IMG/VR virus record: IMGVR_UViG_3300027770_000034
Reading direction: 5' to 3' (one strand)
Length of the DNA stretch: 52,140 bases
From: a virus
Taxonomy: Duplodnaviria > Heunggongvirae > Uroviricota > Caudoviricetes
The notes beneath the pieces were generated by a model. That model ran no database searches and was not told the DNA's origin. It saw nothing but the letters and a program-made list of their open reading frames with translations. How positions within the stretch are numbered: position 1 is the stretch's first letter; every line of letters begins with the position of its first letter. This document shows, one piece after another, positions 1 to 8,656 of this stretch. The translations under genes and the position numbers were made by a program.

Positions 1-3000
1 ACATCAGGAACTTCAGGTACAGATGGAACTTCAGGAACTAGCGGTACAGATGGAACTTCAGGTACAGACGGAACTTCAGGAACTAGCGGTACAGATGGCA
101 CATCAGGTACTTCAGGTACAGATGGAACTTCAGGAACTAGCGGTACAGATGGAACTTCAGGTACAGACGGAACTTCAGGAACTAGCGGAACAGATGGCAC
201 ATCAGGAACTAGCGGTACAGATGGAACTTCAGGTACAGACGGAACTTCAGGAACTAGCGGTACAGATGGCACATCAGGTACTTCAGGTACAGATGGAACT
301 TCAGGAACTAGCGGTACAGATGGCACATCAGGTACTTCAGGTACAGATGGCACATCAGGTACTTCAGGAACAAGTGGAACAGACGGAACTTCAGGAACTA
401 GCGGAACAGATGGAACTTCAGGAACTAGCGGTACAGACGGAACTTCAGGTACTTCAGGAACAAGTGGAACAGACGGAACTTCAGGAACTAGCGGAACAGA
501 TGGAACTTCAGGAACTAGCGGTTCAGACGGTAGCTCAGGAACTAGCGGAACAGACGGAACTTCAGGTTCTTCAGGAACAAGCGGTACAGACGGTTCATCA
601 GGAACTAGCGGAACAGATGGTTCAAGCGGTACTTCAGGTACGGATGGTTCATCAGGAACAAGCGGAGCAGACGGCTCAAGTGGAACTTCAGGAACAAGTG
701 GTATAAGTGGTGTAAATGGAACAAACGGAACGTCAGGTTCTTCAGGAACATCTGGTTCAAGTGGTTCATCAGGAACTAGCGGTTCAGATGGCTCATCAGG
801 AACAAGTGGAAGTTCAGGTTCTTCAGGAACATCTGGCTCAAGTGGTTCAGATGGCTCATCAGGAACTAGCGGTAGCTCAGGTTCATCGGGAACATCGGGT
901 TCAGACGGTAGCTCAGGAACAAGTGGAACAGACGGAACTTCAGGAACTAGCGGTACAGACGGAACTTCAGGTACTTCAGGAACAAGTGGAACAGACGGAA
1001 CTTCAGGAACTAGCGGTACAGATGGCACATCAGGTACTTCAGGTACAGACGGAACTTCAGGAACTAGCGGTACAGACGGAACTTCAGGTACTTCAGGAAC
1101 AAGTGGAACAGACGGAACTTCAGGAACTAGCGGTACAGATGGCACATCAGGAACTTCAGGTACAGACGGTTCTTCAGGAACTAGTGGAACAGACGGGACT
1201 TCAGGTTCAAGCGGTTCATCAGGAACTAGTGGAACAGACGGGACTTCAGGTTCAAGCGGTTCATCAGGAACTAGTGGAACAGATGGTTCTTCAGGAACCT
1301 CAGGTACGGATGGAACATCAGGAACATCTGCATTAATTTGTACACCATTCTTAGCTGGTGATTATTATTTTCAGGCGGTAAATACAACTTATAATGGGCC
1401 ATCGTATTCAAATATGTCATGGGGTCCTGGACAAACATTAAGTGTATATGCACCTGATGATGTTATTGAATATATCTTTATTAGTGGTTATACCGCTTCA
1501 ACGGGTACGTTAATTGCGGGTATTACATATTCTTCAAATCCTGGTTATAAAACACAAGCGGGTGTTACACTTTGTCTTGCGGGTGAGCAAGGTACTAATG
1601 GAACTTCAGGTACAAGTGGAACAGATGGTTCATCAGGAACTAGCGGAACAGATGGTTCTTCAGGAACTAGTGGAACAGATGGTTCTTCAGGAACTTCAGG
1701 TTCAAGTGGTTCTTCAGGAACTAGTGGTACAGACGGAACTTCAGGTTCAAGTGGTTCTTCAGGAACTAGCGGAACAGATGGTTCATCAGGAACTAGTGGT
1801 ACTTCAGGCACAGATGGTTCATCAGGAACTAGTGGTACTTCAGGTACAGACGGTTCTTCAGGAACTAGTGGAACAGATGGTTCTTCAGGAACTTCAGGTA
1901 CAGATGGTTCATCAGGAACAAGCGGTACAGACGGTAGCTCAGGAACAAGTGGTTCTTCAGGAACTTCAGGTACAGATGGTTCATCAGGAACTTCAGGTAG
2001 CTCAGGAACAGATGGTTCATCAGGAACAAGTGGTAGCTCAGGAACAGATGGTTCATCAGGAACAAGTGGTAGCTCAGGTACAGATGGTTCATCAGGAACT
2101 TCAGGTAGCTCAGGAACAGATGGTTCATCAGGAACAAGTGGTAGCTCAGGTACAGATGGTTCATCAGGAACTTCAGGAAGCTCAGGTTCATCAGGAACAA
2201 GCGGTTCAGATGGTTCTTCAGGAACTAGTGGAAGCTCAGGTTCATCAGGAACTAGTGGAAGCTCAGGTTCTTCAGGAACAAGTGGTAGCTCAGGCTCATC
2301 AGGAACATCGGGTTCAGACGGTAGCTCAGGAACTTCAGGAAGCTCAGGTTCATCAGGAACAAGCGGTTCAAGCGGTTCATCAGGAACAAGTGGTTCAGAT
2401 GGTTCTTCAGGTACTTCAGGAAGCTCAGGTTCTTCAGGAACTAGCGGTTCATCAGGAACTAGCGGTAGCTCAGGTTCAAGTGGTTCAGATGGCTCTTCAG
2501 GAACTTCAGGTAGCTCAGGTTCTTCAGGAACATCAGGCTCAAGTGGTTCATCAGGAACTAGCGGTAGCTCAGGTTCAAGTGGAACATCTGGCTCAAGTGG
2601 TTCAGATGGCTCTTCAGGAACTTCAGGAAGCTCAGGTAGCTCAGGTTCTTCAGGAACTTCAGGAAGCTCAGGTTCATCAGGAACAAGCGGTTCAGATGGT
2701 TCTTCAGGAACTAGTGGAAGCTCAGGTTCATCAGGAACAAGTGGAAGCTCAGGTTCTTCAGGAACAAGTGGTAGCTCAGGCTCATCAGGAACATCGGGTT
2801 CAGACGGTAGCTCAGGAACAAGTGGCTCAAGCGGTTCTTCAGGAACTAGCGGTTCATCAGGAACTAGCGGTAGCTCAGGTTCAAGTGGAACATCTGGCTC
2901 AAGTGGTTCAGATGGCTCTTCAGGAACTTCAGGTAGCTCAGGTTCTTCAGGAACTAGCGGTTCATCAGGAACTAGCGGTAGCTCAGGTTCAAGTGGAACA

Positions 3001-4422
3001 TCTGGCTCAAGTGGTTCAGATGGCTCTTCAGGAACATCAGGCTCAAGTGGTTCATCAGGAACTAGCGGTAGCTCAGGTTCAAGTGGAACATCTGGCTCAA
3101 GTGGTTCAGATGGCTCTTCAGGAACTTCAGGTAGCTCAGGTTCTTCAGGAACTAGCGGTTCAAGTGGTTCTTCAGGTAGCTCAGGTTCATCAGGAACATC
3201 TGGCTCAAGTGGTTCATCAGGAACATCGGGTAGTTCAGGTTCATCAGGAACTAGCGGAAGCTCAGGCTCATCGGGAACATCTGGTTCAAGCGGAACAAGT
3301 GGTTCATCAGGAACATCAGGTAGCTCAGGTTCATCAGGAACGAGTGGTTCAAGTGGAACTTCAGGTAGTTCAGGTTCTTCGGGCTCTTCAGGAACAAGTG
3401 GAAGCTCAGGTTCTTCAGGAACATCTGGTTCAAGTGGTTCATCAGGAACATCTGGTTCTTCAGGAACATCTGGTTCAAGCGGAACAAGTGGTTCAAGTGG
3501 AACTTCAGGTAGTTCAGGTTCTTCGGGCTCTTCAGGAACAAGTGGAAGCTCAGGTTCTTCAGGAACATCTGGTTCAAGCGGAACAAGTGGTTCATCAGGA
3601 ACTAGTGGAAGTTCAGGTTCTTCAGGTAGCTCAGGTTCTTCAGGAACAAGTGGTTCATCAGGAACATCAGGTAGCTCAGGTTCTTCGGGTTCTTCAGGAA
3701 CAAGTGGAAGCTCAGGTTCTTCAGGAACAAGTGGTAGCTCAGGCTCATCGGGAACATCTGGCTCAAGCGGTTCATCTGGAACATCTGGTTCAAGCGGAAC
3801 AAGTGGAAGTTCAGGAACATCTGGTTCATCAGGAACTAGCGGAAGCTCAGGTTCTTCAGGAACATCTGGTTCAAGTGGTTCATCAGGAACAAGTGGAAGC
3901 TCAGGTTCTTCAGGAACTAGCGGAAGCTCAGGTTCATCAGGAACAAGTGGTAGCTCAGGTTCATCAGGAACTAGCGGAAGCTCAGGTTCATCAGGGACAA
4001 GTGGTTCGGCGTTAATTAATAGTAATGTTGATAACTTTGTTCTAACTGCGACAGGAACTGCGGGAACAATCCAAGGTGAACCAAATATGAGATTTGATAG
4101 TACTAATTTCTATCTAAGTTCATATTCAGGTGGAACAGTGACTACAGGAACATCAACTTTGGTAACGATAGTAGCGGCATCAGGAGTATCTGCAAACTTC
4201 AACTATTATGTTTCTGATGGAACAAACAAAAGAGCTGGAACTGTAATGTCAGTATGGGATGGTTCAACAACCGAATACACTGATTATTCAACACCTGATA
4301 TCGGAGGAGCAACAACAGGTATCTCATTCCGAACAACAGTAAGTGGTAGTGATATACTATTCCAAGCAGTTGTGACATCAGGAACTTGGACAGTCAAAGT
4401 CGGAAGTAGAATTGTATTCTAA
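1..4422 (+). CDS. Giant Gly-X-Y (GTS/GTD/GSS/GSD) collagen-like putative tail/virion fibre protein, 5' partial
   Basis: Frame 1 reads open from base 1 (ACA TCA GGA ACT TCA GGT ACA GAT = TSGTSGTD) through the track's ATG at 1414 to TAA at 4420-4422, so the ORF track under-calls it. It has two Gly-X-Y blocks, an 84-aa non-repeat insert and a beta-rich C-terminal domain. Confidence 0.85.
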   Translation, partial: TSGTSGTDGTSGTSGTDGTSGTDGTSGTSGTDGTSGTSGTDGTSGTSGTDGTSGTDGTSGTSGTDGTSGTSGTDGTSGTDGTSGTSGTDGTSGTSGTDGTSGTSGTDGTSGTSGTDGTSGTSGTSGTDGTSGTSGTDGTSGTSGTDGTSGTSGTSGTDGTSGTSGTDGTSGTSGSDGSSGTSGTDGTSGSSGTSGTDGSSGTSGTDGSSGTSGTDGSSGTSGADGSSGTSGTSGISGVNGTNGTSGSSGTSGSSGSSGTSGSDGSSGTSGSSGSSGTSGSSGSDGSSGTSGSSGSSGTSGSDGSSGTSGTDGTSGTSGTDGTSGTSGTSGTDGTSGTSGTDGTSGTSGTDGTSGTSGTDGTSGTSGTSGTDGTSGTSGTDGTSGTSGTDGSSGTSGTDGTSGSSGSSGTSGTDGTSGSSGSSGTSGTDGSSGTSGTDGTSGTSALICTPFLAGDYYFQAVNTTYNGPSYSNMSWGPGQTLSVYAPDDVIEYIFISGYTASTGTLIAGITYSSNPGYKTQAGVTLCLAGEQGTNGTSGTSGTDGSSGTSGTDGSSGTSGTDGSSGTSGSSGSSGTSGTDGTSGSSGSSGTSGTDGSSGTSGTSGTDGSSGTSGTSGTDGSSGTSGTDGSSGTSGTDGSSGTSGTDGSSGTSGSSGTSGTDGSSGTSGSSGTDGSSGTSGSSGTDGSSGTSGSSGTDGSSGTSGSSGTDGSSGTSGSSGTDGSSGTSGSSGSSGTSGSDGSSGTSGSSGSSGTSGSSGSSGTSGSSGSSGTSGSDGSSGTSGSSGSSGTSGSSGSSGTSGSDGSSGTSGSSGSSGTSGSSGTSGSSGSSGSDGSSGTSGSSGSSGTSGSSGSSGTSGSSGSSGTSGSSGSDGSSGTSGSSGSSGSSGTSGSSGSSGTSGSDGSSGTSGSSGSSGTSGSSGSSGTSGSSGSSGTSGSDGSSGTSGSSGSSGTSGSSGTSGSSGSSGTSGSSGSDGSSGTSGSSGSSGTSGSSGTSGSSGSSGTSGSSGSDGSSGTSGSSGSSGTSGSSGSSGTSGSSGSDGSSGTSGSSGSSGTSGSSGSSGSSGSSGTSGSSGSSGTSGSSGSSGTSGSSGSSGTSGSSGTSGSSGTSGSSGSSGTSGSSGTSGSSGSSGSSGTSGSSGSSGTSGSSGSSGTSGSSGTSGSSGTSGSSGTSGSSGSSGSSGTSGSSGSSGTSGSSGTSGSSGTSGSSGSSGSSGSSGTSGSSGTSGSSGSSGSSGTSGSSGSSGTSGSSGSSGTSGSSGSSGTSGSSGTSGSSGTSGSSGTSGSSGSSGTSGSSGSSGTSGSSGSSGTSGSSGSSGTSGSSGSSGTSGSSGSSGTSGSALINSNVDNFVLTATGTAGTIQGEPNMRFDSTNFYLSSYSGGTVTTGTSTLVTIVAASGVSANFNYYVSDGTNKRAGTVMSVWDGSTTEYTDYSTPDIGGATTGISFRTTVSGSDILFQAVVTSGTWTVKVGSRIVF
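7..1329 (+). repeat. Coding 9-bp-period repeat, Gly-X-Y block 1 (about 147 triplets, GTS/GTD dominated)
   Basis: Gly codon every 9 nt from base 7 to GGA ACA TCT at 1321-1329. Confidence 0.9.
1582..4011 (+). repeat. Coding Gly-X-Y block 2 (about 270 triplets, GSS/GTS/GTD/GSD)
   Basis: Runs from GEQ-GTN at 1582 to GTS-GSA at 4011 in the provided translation. Confidence 0.9.
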
Positions 4423-4440
4423 CTTTAAAAATAATGAAAT

Positions 4441-4472
4441 AAAAAACCACACCCTTAAAAGTGTGGTTTTTT
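4441..4472. terminator. Bidirectional intrinsic terminator-like hairpin
   Basis: AAAAAACCACAC-CCTTAAAA-GTGTGGTTTTTT is a perfect 12-bp inverted repeat with A/T tails, 19 nt after the stop of the first fibre gene. Confidence 0.8.
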
Positions 4473-4509
4473 TATTTTGATAAACCTATAACATTTATGT
4501 AAAGTTTAA

Positions 4510-4523
4510 TATTTATAGAGTAA
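4510..4523 (+). promoter_or_regulatory. Putative phage late-promoter motif TATTTATAGAGTAA
   Basis: An identical 14-mer lies at 22123-22136. Both copies are upstream of large putative structural genes. Confidence 0.55.
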
Positions 4524-4571
4524 TAAACATAAAAGATTTTTTCTTTTGGAAAGTGAAAAAAGGAAAACAAC

Positions 4572-7500
4572 ATGGCAAACGAATTTGTAGCCCGTAACGG
4601 TATAAAAGTTTTGGTGGTCCCAAGTGGAAGTTCATCAAATCAAGTCGTGGTATGGAACGCGACAACGAATCAATTAGAAAGAAGAACTGATGCTGGTACC
4701 TCAGGTTCTTCAGGAACAAGTGGGTCATCAGGTTCTTCAGGAACGTCTGGTTCAAGTGGTACGTCAGGTTCTTCAGGAACATCGGGTAGTTCAGGTTCTT
4801 CTGGAACATCAGGTTCAAGTGGTTCATCAGGAACATCAGGTTCAAGTGGTTCATCAGGAACGTCAGGTTCATCAGGAACAAGTGGTTCATCAGGAACAGC
4901 TGGCTCATCAGGTTCTTCAGGAACGTCAGGTTCAAGTGGTTCATCAGGAACAAGCGGTAGTTCAGGTTCATCGGGAACATCTGGTTCAAGTGGTACATCA
5001 GGTTCATCAGGAACAAGTGGTTCATCAGGAACAAGTGGTTCATCAGGAACAAGTGGTAGCTCAGGCTCATCAGGAACATCAGGTTCAAGTGGTTCATCAG
5101 GAACGTCTGGCTCAAGTGGTTCTTCAGGTACAAGTGGTTCATCAGGAACTGCTGGTTCTTCAGGAACCTCAGGTTCAAGTGGTTCATCAGGTTCTTCAGG
5201 TTCATCAGGAACATCAGGTTCAAGTGGTTCATCAGGTTCTTCAGGTTCAAGTGGTACATCAGGTTCTTCAGGAACCTCTGGTTCAAGCGGAACAAGTGGT
5301 AGCTCAGGTTCTTCAGGAACTTCAGGTAGCTCAGGTTCATCAGGAACAAGTGGTAGTTCAGGTTCTTCAGGAACATCTGGTTCAAGTGGTACGTCAGGTT
5401 CTTCAGGAACATCAGGTAGCTCAGGTTCATCAGGTAGTTCAGGTTCATCAGGAACTTCAGGTAGCTCAGGTTCATCAGGAACAAGTGGCTCTTCGGGAAC
5501 AAGTGGCTCAAGTGGGACTTCAGGTTCATCAGGAACATCAGGTTCAAGCGGTTCATCAGGAACAAGTGGTAGCTCAGGTTCATCAGGAACGTCTGGCTCA
5601 TCAGGTTCATCAGGAACGTCTGGTTCAAGTGGAACATCTGGTTCTTCAGGAACAGCTGGTTCTTCAGGTTCTTCAGGTAGCTCAGGTTCTTCGGGAACAT
5701 CAGGTTCTTCTGGTTCTTCAGGAACAAGTGGTTCAAGTGGTTCTTCAGGAACATCTGGTTCAAGTGGTTCTTCAGGAACATCTGGTTCAAGTGGTACGTC
5801 AGGTTCAAGCGGAACAAGCGGTAGTTCAGGTTCATCGGGAACATCAGGTAGTTCAGGTTCATCAGGAACAAGCGGTTCAAGTGGAACCTCTGGTTCTTCA
5901 GGAACAGCTGGCTCATCAGGTTCATCAGGTAGCTCAGGTTCTTCAGGAACTTCAGGTAGCTCAGGTTCATCAGGTAGTTCAGGTTCTTCAGGAACTAGTG
6001 GTTCAAGTGGAACAGCTGGTTCATCAGGTAGTTCAGGTTCTTCAGGTAGTTCAGGTTCTTCAGGTAGTTCAGGTTCTTCAGGTAGTTCAGGTTCTTCAGG
6101 AACAAGTGGTTCAAGTGGAACATCAGGTTCTTCAGGAACAGCTGGTTCATCTGGCTCATCAGGAACAAGTGGTAGCTCAGGTTCTTCAGGAACAAGTGGT
6201 AGCTCAGGTTCTTCAGGAACAAGTGGTTCAAGTGGAACAGCTGGTTCTTCAGGAACGGCAGGTTCAAGTGGTTCATCAGGAACGTCTGGTTCATCAGGTT
6301 CTTCAGGAACGTCTGGTTCATCAGGTTCTTCAGGAACATCTGGTTCAAGTGGTTCAAGTGGAACATCAGGTTCTTCAGGAACAGCTGGTTCATCTGGCTC
6401 ATCAGGAACAAGTGGTAGCTCAGGTTCTTCAGGAACAAGTGGTAGCTCAGGTTCTTCAGGAACAAGTGGTTCAAGTGGAACATCTGGTTCATCAGGAACG
6501 GCTGGCTCATCAGGTAGTTCAGGTTCATCAGGAACAAGTGGAAGCTCGGGTTCTTCGGGAACTTCAGGTGTATCAGGAGCGTCAGGGACATCAGGTTCAT
6601 CAGGAACGTCTGGTTCATCAGGAACGTCTGGTTCATCAGGAACAGCTGGCTCGTCTGGTTCATCAGGAACTTCAGGTTCAAGTGGTTCATCAGGTTCAAG
6701 TGGTTCATCAGGAACTTCAGGTATAAATGGTTCATCGGGAACATCAGGTTCTTCAGGAACAGCTGGCTCATCAGGTTCATCAGGTAGCTCAGGTTCTTCT
6801 GGTTCTTCAGGAACAAGTGGTAGTTCAGGTTCATCAGGAAGTTCAGGTTCATCAGGAACAAGTGGCTCAAGTGGTTCTTCAGGTAGCTCAGGTTCTTCAG
6901 GTAGTTCAGGTAGCTCAGGTTCTTCAGGAAAGTCAGGTTCATCAGGAACGTCTGGTTCAAGTGGAACATCTGGTTCATCAGGAACATCTGGTTCTTCGGG
7001 AACTGCTGGTTCATCAGGTTCATCAGGAACTTCAGGAAGCTCAGGTTCATCAGGAACTTCAGGTAGTTCAGGTTCATCTGGAACTTCAGGTATAAATGGT
7101 TCATCGGGAACATCAGGTTCTTCAGGAACAGCTGGCTCATCAGGTTCATCAGGTAGCTCAGGTTCTTCTGGTTCTTCAGGAACAAGTGGTAGCTCGGGTT
7201 CTAGTGGTACTTCAGGTAGTTCTGGTACATCTGGTTCTTCAGGAACAGCTGGCTCATCAGGTTCATCAGGTAGCTCAGGTTCTTCTGGTTCTTCAGGAAC
7301 AAGTGGTAGTTCAGGTTCATCAGGAACGTCTGGTTCAAGTGGTTCTTCAGGAACATCAGGTAGCTCAGGAACATCAGGTAGCTCAGGAACATCAGGTAGC
7401 TCAGGAACATCAGGTTCAAGCGGTTCTAGTGGTAGTTCAGGTTCAAGTGGAACATCAGGTTCAAGTGGAACATCAGGTTCTTCTGGTTCAAGTGGAACAA

Positions 7501-8018
7501 GTGGTAGCTCAGGTTCATCAGGAACTTCAGGAAACTCAGCGGTTGTAAATAACAATACAAATACTTTTGTTGTTACGGCAACAGGAACAGCAGGAACAGT
7601 TCAAGGTAACGCAGGTCTTAGATATGATGGTTCAACATTGAATGTAACAGGGGATACCACAATGACAGGAGCTTTAACCGCAGCATCAAAATCATTTGAC
7701 ATCCCTCACCCAACAAAAGAAGGATTCAGATTAAGATACGGTGTGTTAGAAGGACCAGAACATGGAGTATACGTTAGAGGTATTGCAACATCAAAAGTAA
7801 TAGAATTACCTGATTATTGGACAGGATTAGTTCACGAAAATAGTATAACAATTCAATTGACACCAATAGGTTCAGCAACACTACATTATCTTGTTAAGAT
7901 TGAAGATAATAAAATTTACATAGATTCTGAAACATCAGTTATAAATGTTAGTTTCTTCATACAAGCAGAACGTAAAGATGTTGAAAAAGTATTGATAGAA
8001 TACAAAGAACAAGACTAA
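4572..8018 (+). CDS. Collagen-like (GSS/GTS/GTA) fibre protein with C-terminal S74-like intramolecular chaperone domain
   Basis: 1148 aa: 41-aa N-terminus MANEFVARNG, about 948 aa of Gly-X-Y, a neck motif, then SKSFDIPHP..LRYGVLEGPEHGVYVRG. Confidence 0.85.
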   Translation: MANEFVARNGIKVLVVPSGSSSNQVVVWNATTNQLERRTDAGTSGSSGTSGSSGSSGTSGSSGTSGSSGTSGSSGSSGTSGSSGSSGTSGSSGSSGTSGSSGTSGSSGTAGSSGSSGTSGSSGSSGTSGSSGSSGTSGSSGTSGSSGTSGSSGTSGSSGTSGSSGSSGTSGSSGSSGTSGSSGSSGTSGSSGTAGSSGTSGSSGSSGSSGSSGTSGSSGSSGSSGSSGTSGSSGTSGSSGTSGSSGSSGTSGSSGSSGTSGSSGSSGTSGSSGTSGSSGTSGSSGSSGSSGSSGTSGSSGSSGTSGSSGTSGSSGTSGSSGTSGSSGSSGTSGSSGSSGTSGSSGSSGTSGSSGTSGSSGTAGSSGSSGSSGSSGTSGSSGSSGTSGSSGSSGTSGSSGSSGTSGSSGTSGSSGTSGSSGSSGTSGSSGSSGTSGSSGTSGSSGTAGSSGSSGSSGSSGTSGSSGSSGSSGSSGTSGSSGTAGSSGSSGSSGSSGSSGSSGSSGSSGSSGTSGSSGTSGSSGTAGSSGSSGTSGSSGSSGTSGSSGSSGTSGSSGTAGSSGTAGSSGSSGTSGSSGSSGTSGSSGSSGTSGSSGSSGTSGSSGTAGSSGSSGTSGSSGSSGTSGSSGSSGTSGSSGTSGSSGTAGSSGSSGSSGTSGSSGSSGTSGVSGASGTSGSSGTSGSSGTSGSSGTAGSSGSSGTSGSSGSSGSSGSSGTSGINGSSGTSGSSGTAGSSGSSGSSGSSGSSGTSGSSGSSGSSGSSGTSGSSGSSGSSGSSGSSGSSGSSGKSGSSGTSGSSGTSGSSGTSGSSGTAGSSGSSGTSGSSGSSGTSGSSGSSGTSGINGSSGTSGSSGTAGSSGSSGSSGSSGSSGTSGSSGSSGTSGSSGTSGSSGTAGSSGSSGSSGSSGSSGTSGSSGSSGTSGSSGSSGTSGSSGTSGSSGTSGSSGTSGSSGSSGSSGSSGTSGSSGTSGSSGSSGTSGSSGSSGTSGNSAVVNNNTNTFVVTATGTAGTVQGNAGLRYDGSTLNVTGDTTMTGALTAASKSFDIPHPTKEGFRLRYGVLEGPEHGVYVRGIATSKVIELPDYWTGLVHENSITIQLTPIGSATLHYLVKIEDNKIYIDSETSVINVSFFIQAERKDVEKVLIEYKEQD
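4695..7538 (+). repeat. Coding Gly-X-Y block (about 316 triplets, apparently uninterrupted, no Pro)
   Basis: Gly at every third residue from GTS at 4695 to GNS at 7530-7538. Rare variants are GVS, GAS, GIN and GKS. Confidence 0.9.
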
Positions 8019-8024
8019 TAAAAC

Positions 8025-8051
8025 GGGAGAGGGAAACCTCTCCCTTAATTT
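8025..8051 (+). terminator. GC-rich hairpin with GAAA tetraloop, possible terminator or RNA processing stem
   Basis: GGGAGAGG-GAAA-CCTCTCCC followed by TTAATTT, located between the genes ending at 8018 and starting at 8061. Confidence 0.6.
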
Positions 8052-8060
8052 CAGAAAATA

Positions 8061-8639
8061 ATGGCGAACGAATTTATTGTACGAAATGGGTTGAAATCCT
8101 TAGGGGGAATCACATTTCCTGCTACAGGGATTAATGCAACTTATACTGTAGGTGTTAATGATTATTTAATAGATATTACAGGTAATACTATTACAGTAAC
8201 TCTACCGACTGCTGTTGGAGTTAATGGTAAGAACTATGTTATTAAAAATAGAGGTACTGGTGTTGTTACCGTAGCAACAACCTCAAGTCAAACAATTGAT
8301 AGTGCAAATACAAAAAGTTTAAATAATAACGACAGTATTGAAGTTATAAGTGACGGTAGTAATTGGATTATTGCTGCAGGAACAGGAACTGTGACAAGTT
8401 CAACAACAGCTAAATCTGGTGTTGCTTCAAATACAACATTTACAGGTACACCTCTAAATTATCAGGTATTATTTACTTCTGAATTTCCTAACACAAATTA
8501 TTCAGTAACCATAACAGGGGGGGACGCTAGAGTATGGACGGTAGAAAGTGTGACGGTAAATGGATTTATAATTAATTCAAATAGTAATACTGGTCTACTT
8601 TATTCCACTTATTGGATTGCAACACTAAATGTGTCCTAA
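8061..8639 (+). CDS. Putative short tail-fibre/virion protein, two beta-rich domains
   Basis: The N-terminus MANEFIVRNG matches the upstream fibre. Contains TVTLPTA..GKNYVIKN...SDGSNW, a pattern common in phage fibre modules. Confidence 0.65.
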   Translation: MANEFIVRNGLKSLGGITFPATGINATYTVGVNDYLIDITGNTITVTLPTAVGVNGKNYVIKNRGTGVVTVATTSSQTIDSANTKSLNNNDSIEVISDGSNWIIAAGTGTVTSSTTAKSGVASNTTFTGTPLNYQVLFTSEFPNTNYSVTITGGDARVWTVESVTVNGFIINSNSNTGLLYSTYWIATLNVS

Positions 8640-8656
8640 GTAAATAAAGTTAAATA

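Noticed and set aside
23-7548. Plus-strand alternative-frame ORFs reading QELQVQ/VLQEQ (23..706, 716..1336, 1514..4015, 4690..6726, 6727..7095, 7096..7548)
   Set aside because: They are frame-shifted shadows of the Gly-X-Y codon repeat, lack unique domains and lie entirely within the real fibre genes.
1545-7555. Minus-strand Pro/Glu-rich and Leu/Met/Asn-rich ORFs, including the 961-aa PEEP ORF at 4670..7555
   Set aside because: They are antisense shadows of GGA/GGT-TCA/AGT repeats that lack stops by construction, and they begin and end with the repeat tract.
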